A stretch of 64,000 bases of DNA from Alphaproteobacteria bacterium (lineage in GTDB: Bacteria; Pseudomonadota; Alphaproteobacteria; UBA7985), in NCBI GenBank assembly GCA_965658725.1, contig CBFHUI010000003.1:2891-66890 (forward strand). Reading direction: 5' to 3'. The translations under genes were made by a program, and so were the position numbers. Positions 30,530-40,409 of the stretch are shown piece by piece (position 1 is the first letter of the stretch; each line of letters opens with the position of its first letter). The notes beneath the pieces were generated by a model that worked only from the letters and a program-made list of their open reading frames with translations, ran no database searches and was not told the origin of the DNA.

Positions 30530-30763
30530 ATGAAGCGTTTCGCTTTTGCAGCTGTTGCTGCGCTTACGCTGGGTGCGTGCGTTCCCTCTGAAGAAGTCGT
30601 TCTGACGAGCGGCGGGATCGGTGTGGGTTCCACAGGCACCGTCATCACCACCGGAACCACCCACGGGCAGGTTCTGACCGGCGCAACTACCGTTGTGTCC
30701 AGCTCGCTGTCTTCGTGTCAGGAAATTGCCTACTCGAAAACTGGCGAGTACTGCGCAGACTAA
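30530..30763 (+). CDS. small hypothetical lipoprotein (Gly/Thr-rich)
   Basis: Signal peptide with lipobox LGAC. 77 aa. Preceded by a ~270-bp AT-rich region. Confidence 0.45.
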   Translation: MKRFAFAAVAALTLGACVPSEEVVLTSGGIGVGSTGTVITTGTTHGQVLTGATTVVSSSLSSCQEIAYSKTGEYCAD

Positions 30764-30820
30764 GCGCGCTGGTACCGGGTTAGGCAAGGCGTTCGCGCCT
30801 GTCCCCCACGCAGAATGAGA

Positions 30821-30857
30821 AAAAGCCGCTCTCCGGTTGGGGAGCGGCTTTTTTTAT
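30821..30857. terminator. bidirectional rho-independent terminator
   Basis: AAGCCGCTCTCC-ggtt-GGGGAGCGGCTT hairpin flanked by an A-run on the 5' side and a T7 run on the 3' side. It serves the convergent lipoprotein and mttB-like genes. Confidence 0.7.
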
Positions 30858-30875
30858 GCACTGAAGCTTGCGCGC

Positions 30876-32519
30876 TTAGATGTAGAGGTCTTTGAGGTCT
30901 TCTTTGCGTTTGGCGACAAACGCATCCAGTTCGTCCCGCCGGTCTTCAGGCAGGACGGGTTCCTCGTAGTCCTCAAGCCGCTTCTGCCAGATTTCCGTGC
31001 AGCGTTCTGTTGCCGTCCGGCCACCGGCGTCGATCCAATTCTCGTAATTGGTCCAGTCGGAGACCAGCGGCTTGTAGAAGGCGCGATCGAACTTCGCCAA
31101 CGTGTGCGCTTCGCCGAAATAATGCCCGCCTGGCGGAACCCCCGCGACAGCTTCGAGCGCCAAAGCTTCAGCGTTGACAGCCACCGGGGAGCAGGTCTCG
31201 ACCATCTCCTGAGCCATCTCGACATCCATCACGACCTTCTCGAACGACGCTTGTAAGCCGCCTTCGAGCCAGCCGGCGCCGTGGTAGACCAGATGCGCCC
31301 CGCCCAGCGCGCAGGCCCACAGCGCGTTCATGGACTCATAGGCCGCTTGTGCGTCGCAGGCGTTCGAGGCGCACGCGTTGGACGCGCGATAGGGCAGGCG
31401 ATACTTGCGCGCCAACTGCCCCGCAATCATCGTCGCCTGCACATGCTCGGGCGTGCCGAACGCGGGCGCACCGGACTGCAGATCGACGTTTGAGATGTAC
31501 GAGCCGTAAAGCACAGGTGCGCCGGGGTTGATCAGCTGGGTTAGAACGATGCAGGCCAGAGCTTCCGCGTTGGACTGTGCAACCGCCGCTGGCACAGAAA
31601 TCGGTGCCATCGCACCCATCAAGCAAAAGGGCGTAATCGACACGGCTTGCCCCCAAGTCGCCATCGCGCGCAGGCCGTCGGTCATGGCGCCGTCGACTTT
31701 GCGGGGGGAGTTGACCGATATCACGGTCGCCAGTGCTGGGTCGGTCTTCATCTGCTCCCGCGTCATTCCGCGAGAAATCGCCATCATGTCGATCGCATCG
31801 AGCGCGCGTTCTTCGCCAATGGCAGAGGCGTGAAAGCTGCGGTCGGTGTAGCGAAGGTTCGCGAGATAGGTGTCGAGGTGCCGGGTGTTGGCGGGCAGTT
31901 CCATGGGGGCGACAGGCTGGTTGCCCACCGAGTGGATCACATCGAAGGATTGAGCAAGCTTCACCAGATCGATGTAATCCGCCATTCCTCCAGACCGCCG
32001 TCCCTTAATCGCATCGTGCACCGATGGCGGTCCGGCGACCAACGTGAAGTTCATGAAATTCTCCCCGAGCCTCAGCTTGCGCTCAGGGTTGCGAGGGGTG
32101 AGTTCGAAGTACGATGGACAAGTCGCGAGCGCTGCCTCCACGATCTCCCGTCCCAATCGCACGCGGCCGGTCTCGTCATCGGCCAGACCGCCTGCAGCAA
32201 CAAAGGTATCCCGGGCGTCCTGCGCCATGAATTCGATGCCAAAGTTTTCAAGGATGTGGATCGACGCGTCGTGGATTTGCTCCAGCGCTTCGGCTGAAAC
32301 GATGTCTAGACCGCCTATGGTGTTTCGGCGGGGCTTGGCAAACGCGCTACCGGCAGTGGCATGAGCGCGCTGGGCTTGCGCGGCGCGAGCGGACCGACCG
32401 CCGGCGCGGGCTTTTCGAGTGCGAGGGGCCGGTGTGGCGGCCTCGCTTTGGCTGGCGCTCTCCTGAGCGCGGGGGCCTGACATGGTGTTTCCTTTCGGAC
32501 TGAAGAATGATGCGGACAC
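30876..32519 (-). CDS. MttB-superfamily (non-Pyl trimethylamine/quaternary-amine:corrinoid) methyltransferase, paralog 1
   Basis: About 547 aa with the family core beginning LDIVSAEALEQIHDASIHILENFGIEF. An Arg/Ala-rich ~60 aa N-terminal extension is present. No amber codon. Confidence 0.85.
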   Translation of the reverse strand: MSASFFSPKGNTMSGPRAQESASQSEAATPAPRTRKARAGGRSARAAQAQRAHATAGSAFAKPRRNTIGGLDIVSAEALEQIHDASIHILENFGIEFMAQDARDTFVAAGGLADDETGRVRLGREIVEAALATCPSYFELTPRNPERKLRLGENFMNFTLVAGPPSVHDAIKGRRSGGMADYIDLVKLAQSFDVIHSVGNQPVAPMELPANTRHLDTYLANLRYTDRSFHASAIGEERALDAIDMMAISRGMTREQMKTDPALATVISVNSPRKVDGAMTDGLRAMATWGQAVSITPFCLMGAMAPISVPAAVAQSNAEALACIVLTQLINPGAPVLYGSYISNVDLQSGAPAFGTPEHVQATMIAGQLARKYRLPYRASNACASNACDAQAAYESMNALWACALGGAHLVYHGAGWLEGGLQASFEKVVMDVEMAQEMVETCSPVAVNAEALALEAVAGVPPGGHYFGEAHTLAKFDRAFYKPLVSDWTNYENWIDAGGRTATERCTEIWQKRLEDYEEPVLPEDRRDELDAFVAKRKEDLKDLYI

Positions 32520-32614
32520 CCTAGGCTAGTGCAGGGCCTCCCCTCCTTGCAATCGACAGCGACAAAAGCCGCGCCCTTGCGCCCTCGAACGGAAAAAAGT
32601 GCGTTTCAGGCCGC

Positions 32615-34228
32615 CTAGTCGTCGTCGAAGGAACCGCCTTCCGCGATCCGGCGGTCAACGAAGTCGTTGATTGCGTCCTTGGTGGCTGGATCGATGGCTG
32701 GCTCCTGATACTCAGAGAGCAGCTGCTTGTAGAGCGTGTTTGCCCGCTCATAGGCGGTCTTGCTGCCGTCTTCCGACCACGTCTCATAGTTCCGCCAGTC
32801 CGATAGCATGGGGGCGTAAAACGCGGTTTCAAAGCGCTCCATGGTTTGTGGCGTGCCGAAGAAGTGCCCGCCCGGGCCTACTTCGGCGATGGCGTCTAGG
32901 CCGAGGGTGGCGTCGCTGACTTCGATGGGCTCCATATAGGATTGCAGCATCTGGATCATGTCCGCATCGATGACCATTTTCTCGAACGAGGCAGACAGCC
33001 CGCCTTCCATCCATCCTGCCGCGTGCATCACCATATCTGCCCCGCCGGTCATCGTCGCCCAAAGCGACATCTGAGTTTCCCAAGCCGCCTGAGCGTCCGG
33101 CACGTTCGCCGCGCAAACGCCTGAGGAGCGATAGGGCACGCCGTAGCGCCGCGTCAGCTGACCGCCGGCCTGAACCGCTTTAACGAACTCCGGTGTGCCG
33201 AAGGCAGGCGCGCCCGATTTCATGTCCACGTTTGAGGTAAAGCCTCCGTAGATGACCGGTGCGCCCGGTCGTGCACACTGAGCCAGTGCGAGGCCCACAA
33301 GGAACTCCGCATTCTGCTGCACCAGAGCGCCTGCCAGCGTGACAGGTGCCATGGCTCCGGCCAGCGTGAAGGGCGTCACAACGGAGATCTGGCCGTGCTT
33401 GGCATGCTCGATGATGCCGTGGCCCATGGGGCTGTCGAGCTTAAGGGGGGAGTTGGTGTTGACGATGGTCATCAGCGAAGGCTCGGCAAGGAATTGCTCC
33501 TCGGAAATCCCCCCGCGCACGATCCGCGCCAATGCCAGCCCATCCGCCGTGCGCTGTGGTCCCAGCGAATAGTTGTGAAAGGCCATGTCGGTGAGAAAGC
33601 TGAAATCCCGCATCGCTTCCAAGTGCCGAATGCGCCGGTCAATGTCGGTTGGCTCCACCGGGTAGCCGGGGATGAATGCCATGCAGTTCAGGCTCTGGAT
33701 CAGCCGCGTGAGGTTGCGGAAGTCTTCCCAGTTCCCCTGACGCCGTCCGCCATCGGCGTCTGTTGTGTTGGGTGCTGACGCCACGGGACAAAAGTGGATC
33801 TGGCCTTCACCAAAGGTCACCGTACGCTCGGGGTTGCGGGCGTGCAGTTTGAAGCTCGAAGGCGCCGTCTTGATGGCGTCTTCGATGAAAGCCGGATCAA
33901 ACTTGATCAGGTCTGTGTCAGGCTTAACGTCCACGCCGGCAGCCTTGAACACTGCTTTGGCATCGTCGCCCAGCACTTCCATGCCGACGTCGCTCAGGAT
34001 CTTGAGCGATGCGTGGTGGATGGTCTCGATCTGGTCGGCAGAAAGCGGCTCAATCGGCGGTACGGGGTTCTTCACCGATCCGCGCGGGAGTTGCTTGATC
34101 GCAGAGGTGGCAGCAGCTGCAGCACTCTTCGCACCGCGCCCGCCGGTGCGCCGTCGTCCTCGGGCTTCGCTGTTTCTTTCCGTCATGTCTGTTTTCCCGC
34201 GTGACGTGTGTTTTTGCTGGTTTTTCAC
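32615..34228 (-). CDS. MttB-superfamily methyltransferase, paralog 2
   Basis: 537 aa. Core LSADQIETIHHASLKILSDVGMEV is collinear with paralog 1. Arg/Gly/Ala-rich N-terminus. Lies in tandem with paralog 1. Confidence 0.85.
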   Translation of the reverse strand: MKNQQKHTSRGKTDMTERNSEARGRRRTGGRGAKSAAAAATSAIKQLPRGSVKNPVPPIEPLSADQIETIHHASLKILSDVGMEVLGDDAKAVFKAAGVDVKPDTDLIKFDPAFIEDAIKTAPSSFKLHARNPERTVTFGEGQIHFCPVASAPNTTDADGGRRQGNWEDFRNLTRLIQSLNCMAFIPGYPVEPTDIDRRIRHLEAMRDFSFLTDMAFHNYSLGPQRTADGLALARIVRGGISEEQFLAEPSLMTIVNTNSPLKLDSPMGHGIIEHAKHGQISVVTPFTLAGAMAPVTLAGALVQQNAEFLVGLALAQCARPGAPVIYGGFTSNVDMKSGAPAFGTPEFVKAVQAGGQLTRRYGVPYRSSGVCAANVPDAQAAWETQMSLWATMTGGADMVMHAAGWMEGGLSASFEKMVIDADMIQMLQSYMEPIEVSDATLGLDAIAEVGPGGHFFGTPQTMERFETAFYAPMLSDWRNYETWSEDGSKTAYERANTLYKQLLSEYQEPAIDPATKDAINDFVDRRIAEGGSFDDD

Positions 34229-34271
34229 AGGGTGCCATGTATGCCTGCGCGCACAAGGTCAATGGTCAAAG

Positions 34272-34287
34272 TTCTGCACATGCAGAA
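34272..34287. promoter_or_regulatory. perfect palindrome TTCTGCA-ca-TGCAGAA in the divergent mttB/Fe-ADH intergenic region (operator candidate)
   Basis: 7-bp perfect inverted repeat with 2-bp spacer. About 20 bp upstream of the AGGAGG RBS of the Fe-ADH gene. About 45 bp from the ATG of MttB paralog 2. Confidence 0.35.
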
Positions 34288-34306
34288 AACAGGAGGAGTG
34301 GTCGCT

Positions 34307-35437
34307 ATGACGCAAGTAATTGGTCGTTCTGAGTTGGCTTCAGCGGCAACCATCGGCGGGCTCGCTAAAGGATCTGGTACTCCGACGGTGCTGTGGGTCG
34401 TGGACCCCGCCCTGACAGCACCCGGTGCAGGGGCTGGACCGCTGAGCACGCTAGATGAAACCTTGCGCGCGGCCGGTATCAACACCGTTGTCGCCCAAAC
34501 GACCTTCCCCCGTGAACCGAAGGTGCCCCAAGTGGATGCGCTGGCGGCCGAGATGCGGGCGGTAAGCAACCCGGTTGTGGTTGCTGTTGGGGGCGGCTCG
34601 ACCATGGACGGCGCCAAGCTCGCCGCTGCCGTCGCCGTCGCGCAGGACGAAGCTCTGAGCTACGCTCTGTGCGCGCAGGACTTCAAGGGCGCGCCGCTGC
34701 CCACCATTTGCGTCCCAACCACTTCGGGAACCGGCTCTGAAGCCTCACGCACGTCGATCGCCTCGACCGTAGAGGGGGCAAAGCTGTGGTTCTGGGGCGA
34801 GGAGCTGAAGACAACGGCGGCTTGCCTGTGGCCCGAGCTGACCGAAACGGTTCCTCGGCATTTCAAAGCCATGTGCGGCTTCGACGCCTTTGCCCATGCC
34901 CACGAAAGCGCAACGGGTAACGGTCGCTCACCCGAAGGCGTGGCCTTTGCCGCGACCGCCATCGCGCACCTGTGCGACCATCTCCCCGCCTACGTGCGTG
35001 GTGAGAGTGCGGAGGCCGCGCGGCTGACTCAGTGGGGGTCGTTTCAGGCGGGTGAAGCACTCAACCTCGGCGGTACGACCATCGGGCACTCCATTGGTCA
35101 TGCTCTGGGTTCTGTCCTTCCGGTTGCCCATGGTCACGCCGTCGCCGTTGTGACAGACGCAACCATCACGCTGACCCGTGAAGGCGCGCCGGAGGCGTAC
35201 ACCGACCTTGAACGTGCGCTTGACCGGGGGCCGCTGGATGAAGTCTGGGCGAACCTGCTCGCCGCGTGCGACACGTCCTTGAAGTTCGATGGGTCAGGTT
35301 CGAGCGGGGCCGAGCTGACTGCTTCGGCTAGCGCTGAAGAGAACCGCGCTATGCGAGACAACACGCCCATGAGTTTCAGTGACGCGAAGTGGGCAGACAT
35401 TTGCGAAGGCATCATGCAGACTTACGGGACCGAATAG
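34307..35437 (+). CDS. iron-containing alcohol dehydrogenase family protein
   Basis: GGGSTMDGAK motif and conserved His cluster (HSIGHALG). Start at the ATG preceded by AGGAGG. The ORF track extends further upstream to 34208. Confidence 0.8.
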   Translation: MTQVIGRSELASAATIGGLAKGSGTPTVLWVVDPALTAPGAGAGPLSTLDETLRAAGINTVVAQTTFPREPKVPQVDALAAEMRAVSNPVVVAVGGGSTMDGAKLAAAVAVAQDEALSYALCAQDFKGAPLPTICVPTTSGTGSEASRTSIASTVEGAKLWFWGEELKTTAACLWPELTETVPRHFKAMCGFDAFAHAHESATGNGRSPEGVAFAATAIAHLCDHLPAYVRGESAEAARLTQWGSFQAGEALNLGGTTIGHSIGHALGSVLPVAHGHAVAVVTDATITLTREGAPEAYTDLERALDRGPLDEVWANLLAACDTSLKFDGSGSSGAELTASASAEENRAMRDNTPMSFSDAKWADICEGIMQTYGTE

Positions 35438-35446
35438 CCCGACTGT

Positions 35447-36001
35447 TTGAAAGGCTCTGTCACCATGACACCGATCCTTGTCCGCCTGCTCACCGCCACC
35501 CTGCTGGCCCTTCCCACCGCTGCCTTGGCGCAGAACAGCAGCGTCTATACCGCTTTGGACCTCGATGCCTGCGCAGGAACGCTGCGGGTGGTTGACGAGC
35601 CAACGGGAGAAACGGCGTGGTCAGGGGTTTGTGCCGGGCACGACGGGATCGCCGTACTGGTTGCCGACGGAGACGACCGCTATGACCTCGACTTTGGTCT
35701 CGACAACGACCGCTTCGAAACCGCGCCTTTCTTCAACGAACCGCATTCAGTGATCGAATGGCGGCTTAGTGGGGCAGGAGAGGCCTTTGCCGTCATTCAC
35801 CGGTTTTGGTCGAGCGGCTTCACGCCGCGCTTTAGTATGCTTGGCGTCTCCAAAGTTGGTCGTCCGGGTGCTCCCGGCTGCCTCGTAGCGCTGTTTGACG
35901 GCAGCCTTCCAGACGCGAACGCGCGTGCTGTTGCTCTGGCGGATGCCATGGTGGACCGCCTCGATTGCGCCCAGTTACCCGCCCCGCTGATGCTGGAATA
36001 G
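35447..36001 (+). CDS. hypothetical exported protein
   Basis: Signal peptide LVRLLTATLLALPTAALAQ with four Cys. No family recognised. Confidence 0.5.
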   Translation: MKGSVTMTPILVRLLTATLLALPTAALAQNSSVYTALDLDACAGTLRVVDEPTGETAWSGVCAGHDGIAVLVADGDDRYDLDFGLDNDRFETAPFFNEPHSVIEWRLSGAGEAFAVIHRFWSSGFTPRFSMLGVSKVGRPGAPGCLVALFDGSLPDANARAVALADAMVDRLDCAQLPAPLMLE

Positions 36002-36050
36002 CCCAGCTTTCCCCCCCTTCTCCTTTGCCTTTGACGAAAGCCGAGTTGCC

Positions 36051-37169
36051 ATGAAAATCACTGACATTCAGGTCACCACCCACATAGTTCCCTGCGACCC
36101 GCCCTATCCGGCGGCCTGGGATTCAATCCCCCGCGGCACGCTGCCAACGACCATCGTGCGTGTGAAGACGGATACTGGGCTGGAGGGCTTTGGCTCTGGT
36201 GATCCTTGCTATGGGATTGAGGACTATAAGAAGTATTTCCTTGGTCAGGATCCCCGCGACATGGACCGCCACACGGCAATCATCGACAACATCGGCGCGC
36301 ATCACTGCCGCATGTGGCCGCTGGACCTGGCGCTTTGGGATCTTAACGGCAAAATTGAGGGGGAACCGGTCTGGAAGCTGCTGGGCGGCACCAGCCCTGA
36401 GGTTCCGCTCTACGCCTCCACAGGATCACTGCGCGATCCACAGGTGCTGGCCGAAATGGGCAAGGACTACGTGGCTCAAGGCTATGAAGCCATCAAGCTG
36501 CGCTTTGGCCGCCCGTCGGAGGATACCGACATAGAGGCGCTGGCGCGGGTCCGTGACGCGGTCGGCGATGACGTCGCGCTCATGGTTGACGTGAACCATG
36601 GCTGGCGCATGCCCTGGGACACCCACCCTGGACCGAGCCTCGAAGAAATCATGGCGCTGGAAGCCCGCACGCGCGAGCACAATCTGTTCTGGCTTGAAGA
36701 GCCCCTGCACAGAGGCGACTACGTCGGAATGAAGGCTTTACGGGACGTGGCGCAGTGCAAAATCGCGGGCGGAGAGATCACCCGTGAAATGCACGAGTGG
36801 GATCAAATCATGCGCGACGACTGCCTCGATGTTTACCAGCCCGACGTCGTTTTTGTCGGCGGTATGAAGCAACTGATCCAACTGGGGCTGAAAGCCTTTG
36901 AGATGGGCCACTGGTTTACCCCGCACACGTGGGGCAATGGGCTGGGCATTGTCACCAACGCGCACCTTGTGGCGGCCATTGCAGGCATCCGCGGCGAGAA
37001 GCCAGTTTGGCTGGAATTTGCCCATGACCCACCAGAATTCACCGAATCACCGCGGGACATGTTGCTAACGGATCATCTGATTGCGGCTGACGGGCACCTC
37101 GAACTGAGTGAAAAACCCGGTTGGGGCGTTGAATTGAATGAAGGCTATCTCGCCTCAATACGTGTCTGA
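36051..37169 (+). CDS. enolase-superfamily enzyme (mandelate racemase/muconate lactonizing enzyme-like; racemase/epimerase/dehydratase)
   Basis: N-terminal capping domain followed by a TIM barrel. Metal ligands lie in MVDVNHGW, then LFWLEEP and KIAGGE. 372 aa. Confidence 0.85.
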   Translation: MKITDIQVTTHIVPCDPPYPAAWDSIPRGTLPTTIVRVKTDTGLEGFGSGDPCYGIEDYKKYFLGQDPRDMDRHTAIIDNIGAHHCRMWPLDLALWDLNGKIEGEPVWKLLGGTSPEVPLYASTGSLRDPQVLAEMGKDYVAQGYEAIKLRFGRPSEDTDIEALARVRDAVGDDVALMVDVNHGWRMPWDTHPGPSLEEIMALEARTREHNLFWLEEPLHRGDYVGMKALRDVAQCKIAGGEITREMHEWDQIMRDDCLDVYQPDVVFVGGMKQLIQLGLKAFEMGHWFTPHTWGNGLGIVTNAHLVAAIAGIRGEKPVWLEFAHDPPEFTESPRDMLLTDHLIAADGHLELSEKPGWGVELNEGYLASIRV

Positions 37170-37398
37170 TGCCCCTGAAAAATAGTTACTTTTTCACGTT
37201 TTTGACTCTAGCGGGCTCATTTTTGCTTTCCAAGTCTAAGGACAAACCGTCTTTAGGTAGCGCGTTGGTGGTTGCGTAGCGGTTGCACTTCTCTAATATG
37301 CCGCGTGTCGCATGGCTGTTATTCGCTTTTCGGCGCAGGAGAGAGCGCCAACAACAGCCGATCTCAACAGACACACACTGTTTTCCCTGGGAGGTAAC

Positions 37399-39024
37399 AT
37401 GTCCGCAAAGACTTGGCTGGGTGGCGAAATGCACCAGTCCGTACTCAAGATGGCCGAAGATGCGCGCGAAGGACGTACGTCGCGCCGTGAATTCCTCGCA
37501 ACGGCAACCGCGCTGGGTGTAACCAGCTCTGCCGCGCTCGCGATGATCGGCGCTGCGCCAGCTGCGCTCGCTGATGGCCACAAAAAAATGGGTGGCACGC
37601 TGAATGTGTCCATGATCATCAAAGATGTGCGCGATCCGCGCCTGTTTGACTGGTCGGAAATGGGCAACGTCGCGCGGCACTTCGTTGAACCGCTTGTGCG
37701 CTGGAACACTGACTTTACTTTCTCGCCGCGTCTGCTCGCTGGCTGGGAAGCAAACGATGATGCGTCGGTTTACACCCTCAAGCTCCGTGACGGAGTGATG
37801 TGGTCGAACGGCGATATGCTCACCGCTGAGCACATTGCGTGGAACATCCGCCGCTGGACCGAAGAGACTGAAGGCAACTCCATGCGCGCCCGTGTCGGTA
37901 CGCTGAACGCCGACGGTGTTGAGATCGTGGATGCCAATACCATCCGCCTGAACCTCACCCAGCCTGATATCACCATCATTCCGGGCATGTCGGACTATCC
38001 GGCGCTGATCGTTCACCCCGACTTCGGCGGTGACCTGAAGGCCAACCCAATCGGGACCGGTCCTTACGCGCTCGAAGAGTTTGAAGTTGAAGTGGGCGCG
38101 CGTCTGGTCAAGCGTCCGGCCGGCTCCTGGTACGGCGATGCTGTTTGGGGTGAAGTTTACCTCGATGAGATTGTCTACACCGACTACGGTCAGGATCCAG
38201 CGCCAGAGATCGCGGCCTATGAGGCGGGCGAAGTTGACCTGAACTTCCAGACCGCAGCGTCTCAGGTTGAGCTGATGGACGATCTGGGCTTCACCCGCAG
38301 TGAAGTGGCAACCGGCGCGACCATCATCGCGCGAGGAAACCAGGACATTGCGCCTTTCGATAACGTCAACTTCCGCCGCGCGCTGGCTCTGGCTGTCTCC
38401 AACGAAGACATGCTGGAACTGGGCCAAGCGGGTCTGGGCGCTGTCGCTGAGAACCACCACGTCGGTCCGATGCACGAGGAATACGCTGAACTGGCTGACA
38501 AGCCGATGCGTAATGTCGATGCAGCCAAGGCGCTGCTGGAGTCCGAGGGTCTCGCCGGTGCGGAGATCACGTACTCCTACCTCGCTGGTGGCGATTACCG
38601 GGAAGACACCTCGGTTGCCATGATCAACCAGTTCCGTGAAGCAGGCCTGAACGTCGTCGCTGACGGTCGTCCGTCTTCGGACTTCTGGGGCAACTGGATC
38701 AACTACCCGTTCTCAACCACCAACTGGAACGGCCGTCCGCTGGGCGTGCAGATCCTGAACCTCGCCTACCGGGGTGGTGTGGACTGGAACGAGTCGCACT
38801 ACAACAACCCTGAGTTTGATGCAGCTCTGGACATGGCCAACGGCCTTGCTGACCCCGATGCGCGCCGCGAAGTCATGGCGAAGTTGCAGAAGATGATGCA
38901 GGACGACGGTGTGATCATCCAGCCTTACTGGCGCGGTATCTTCTCGCACACCAGCGACCGTGTTGTGGGCTACCAGATGCACCAGGCGTTTGAGCACCAC
39001 TACGAAACCGTGTCTCTCGCCTAG
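37399..39024 (+). CDS. ABC transporter substrate-binding protein, family 5 (DppA/OppA-like), Tat signal
   Basis: RREFLATATALGVTSSAALA is a twin-arginine signal. About 540 aa mature, SBP_bac_5-like. Confidence 0.85.
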   Translation: MSAKTWLGGEMHQSVLKMAEDAREGRTSRREFLATATALGVTSSAALAMIGAAPAALADGHKKMGGTLNVSMIIKDVRDPRLFDWSEMGNVARHFVEPLVRWNTDFTFSPRLLAGWEANDDASVYTLKLRDGVMWSNGDMLTAEHIAWNIRRWTEETEGNSMRARVGTLNADGVEIVDANTIRLNLTQPDITIIPGMSDYPALIVHPDFGGDLKANPIGTGPYALEEFEVEVGARLVKRPAGSWYGDAVWGEVYLDEIVYTDYGQDPAPEIAAYEAGEVDLNFQTAASQVELMDDLGFTRSEVATGATIIARGNQDIAPFDNVNFRRALALAVSNEDMLELGQAGLGAVAENHHVGPMHEEYAELADKPMRNVDAAKALLESEGLAGAEITYSYLAGGDYREDTSVAMINQFREAGLNVVADGRPSSDFWGNWINYPFSTTNWNGRPLGVQILNLAYRGGVDWNESHYNNPEFDAALDMANGLADPDARREVMAKLQKMMQDDGVIIQPYWRGIFSHTSDRVVGYQMHQAFEHHYETVSLA

Positions 39025-39205
39025 AGCGACATCGGTCTGCCTTTGGGGAAGGGGGCGGTTCCAGACCGCCTCCTTTCTTTTTGTCCTGAAGAACGTACCA
39101 TTGGCCTGCCGGTTGGCAGGTAAGACAGGCGCTGCCTGGCCTGGTGGGGCGAGCCAGAAAAGCGGGTTCTGGTTCTCCTCACCCGGCACAGCGCGATGAG
39201 GTTTC

Positions 39206-40393
39206 ATGCTCACCTTTGCCATTCGAAAGCTGATTATTCTGTTGCTGACGCTGCTGGTGGTCTCGCTGGTCGCCTTTGTCGTCGTAGGTGGTAACGCGCG
39301 TGCGCTGCGGACCATCGCCATCATCGAACTCGGGCCGCGAACCCCGCAGACCGAGCAGGACCGCTACATCCAGCGCACGATTTTCCACCAGTGCGAGCCG
39401 GGCACGGGCAGTGAAGTTGTCATCGAAGCGCCTGACGATCCGGCGCATCCGAAGGGTTTCTACATCGACCCAGAAAAGTGCCGCGCCCTCTCACTCGCGG
39501 AGCGCTATGGTACGTGGCTGTTTGGCTTTGTGCGCGGCGACTGGGGCGATTCCATCGTCTTCAAGAAGCACATTGCGGGTTATCGCGGTGTGATCACGGA
39601 CCCGCAGGGCAATCAGAAGCCCAACAAAGACCCGTGGGGCGTCATCAATGAACGTCTCGCAAATACCGGCATGCTGGCCGCGTGGGTGTTCAGCATCATG
39701 GTTCTTCTGGGGCTGGTTGTTGGCATATTGGCGGGGATGAATGAAGGTTCCATCCGGGATAGGTCGCTCTCGGTGGTTGCGATTGGCTCGACCTCGATGC
39801 CGGAGTACGTCATGGGCATTCTGTTGGTCGTGCTGCTTGCCGGCAACTCGGTGGTGTTCGCTGCACTGGGGAGCTTCATCGACTTTCTGCCCATCGCAGA
39901 CACGTTCCTCGGCGCCGATAAATGGGCGCGCAAGAGCCCGCTGCAGGGCTCAGCCAACCTCGATAAAGACGGCCTGACCTTTGCCAACACCGTCCTGCCC
40001 GTCGCGGCTGTTGTCATCTATGGTTTCGGCTACATCGCGCGGATGACGCGCGCCTCCATGGCAGAGGCCATGGGCTCGCAGTACGTGCGAACCGCCGTGC
40101 TCAAGGGCGTGCCGCGGCATCAGGTCGTTCTGAAACACGCCTTGCGCAACGCGCTGATCGCGCCCTTTACCGTGATTATGTTGCAGTTCCCCTACTTGCT
40201 CTCCGGGCTTGTGGTGGTCGAGGTGATTTTCTCCTGGAAGGGCTTTGGCTGGGCACTCAACGCAGGCGCGTCGAACATGGACTACAACCTGATCCTGGCC
40301 TGTTCAGTGGTATCGGTGATTGTGGTCCTGCTGACTCAGTTCATTTCAGACATCGGATACGTGCTGCTCAATCCACGTATCCGAGTGGCTTAG
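39206..40393 (+). CDS. ABC transporter permease (DppB/OppB-like), enlarged periplasmic loop
   Basis: BPD_transp_1 topology. 395 aa with a ~120 aa loop after TM1. Confidence 0.85.
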   Translation: MLTFAIRKLIILLLTLLVVSLVAFVVVGGNARALRTIAIIELGPRTPQTEQDRYIQRTIFHQCEPGTGSEVVIEAPDDPAHPKGFYIDPEKCRALSLAERYGTWLFGFVRGDWGDSIVFKKHIAGYRGVITDPQGNQKPNKDPWGVINERLANTGMLAAWVFSIMVLLGLVVGILAGMNEGSIRDRSLSVVAIGSTSMPEYVMGILLVVLLAGNSVVFAALGSFIDFLPIADTFLGADKWARKSPLQGSANLDKDGLTFANTVLPVAAVVIYGFGYIARMTRASMAEAMGSQYVRTAVLKGVPRHQVVLKHALRNALIAPFTVIMLQFPYLLSGLVVVEVIFSWKGFGWALNAGASNMDYNLILACSVVSVIVVLLTQFISDIGYVLLNPRIRVA

Positions 40394-40409
40394 GGGGCGA
40401 GGGGTCATC

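Noticed and set aside
32300-34228. Arg/Ala-rich N-terminal extensions of both MttB paralogs as Tat signal peptides or a novel targeting domain.
   Set aside because: No hydrophobic h-region or AxA cleavage site follows the Arg clusters. These look like disordered basic extensions. As I recall, similar extensions are common in non-Pyl MttB homologues of proteobacteria. I cannot verify that without a database.
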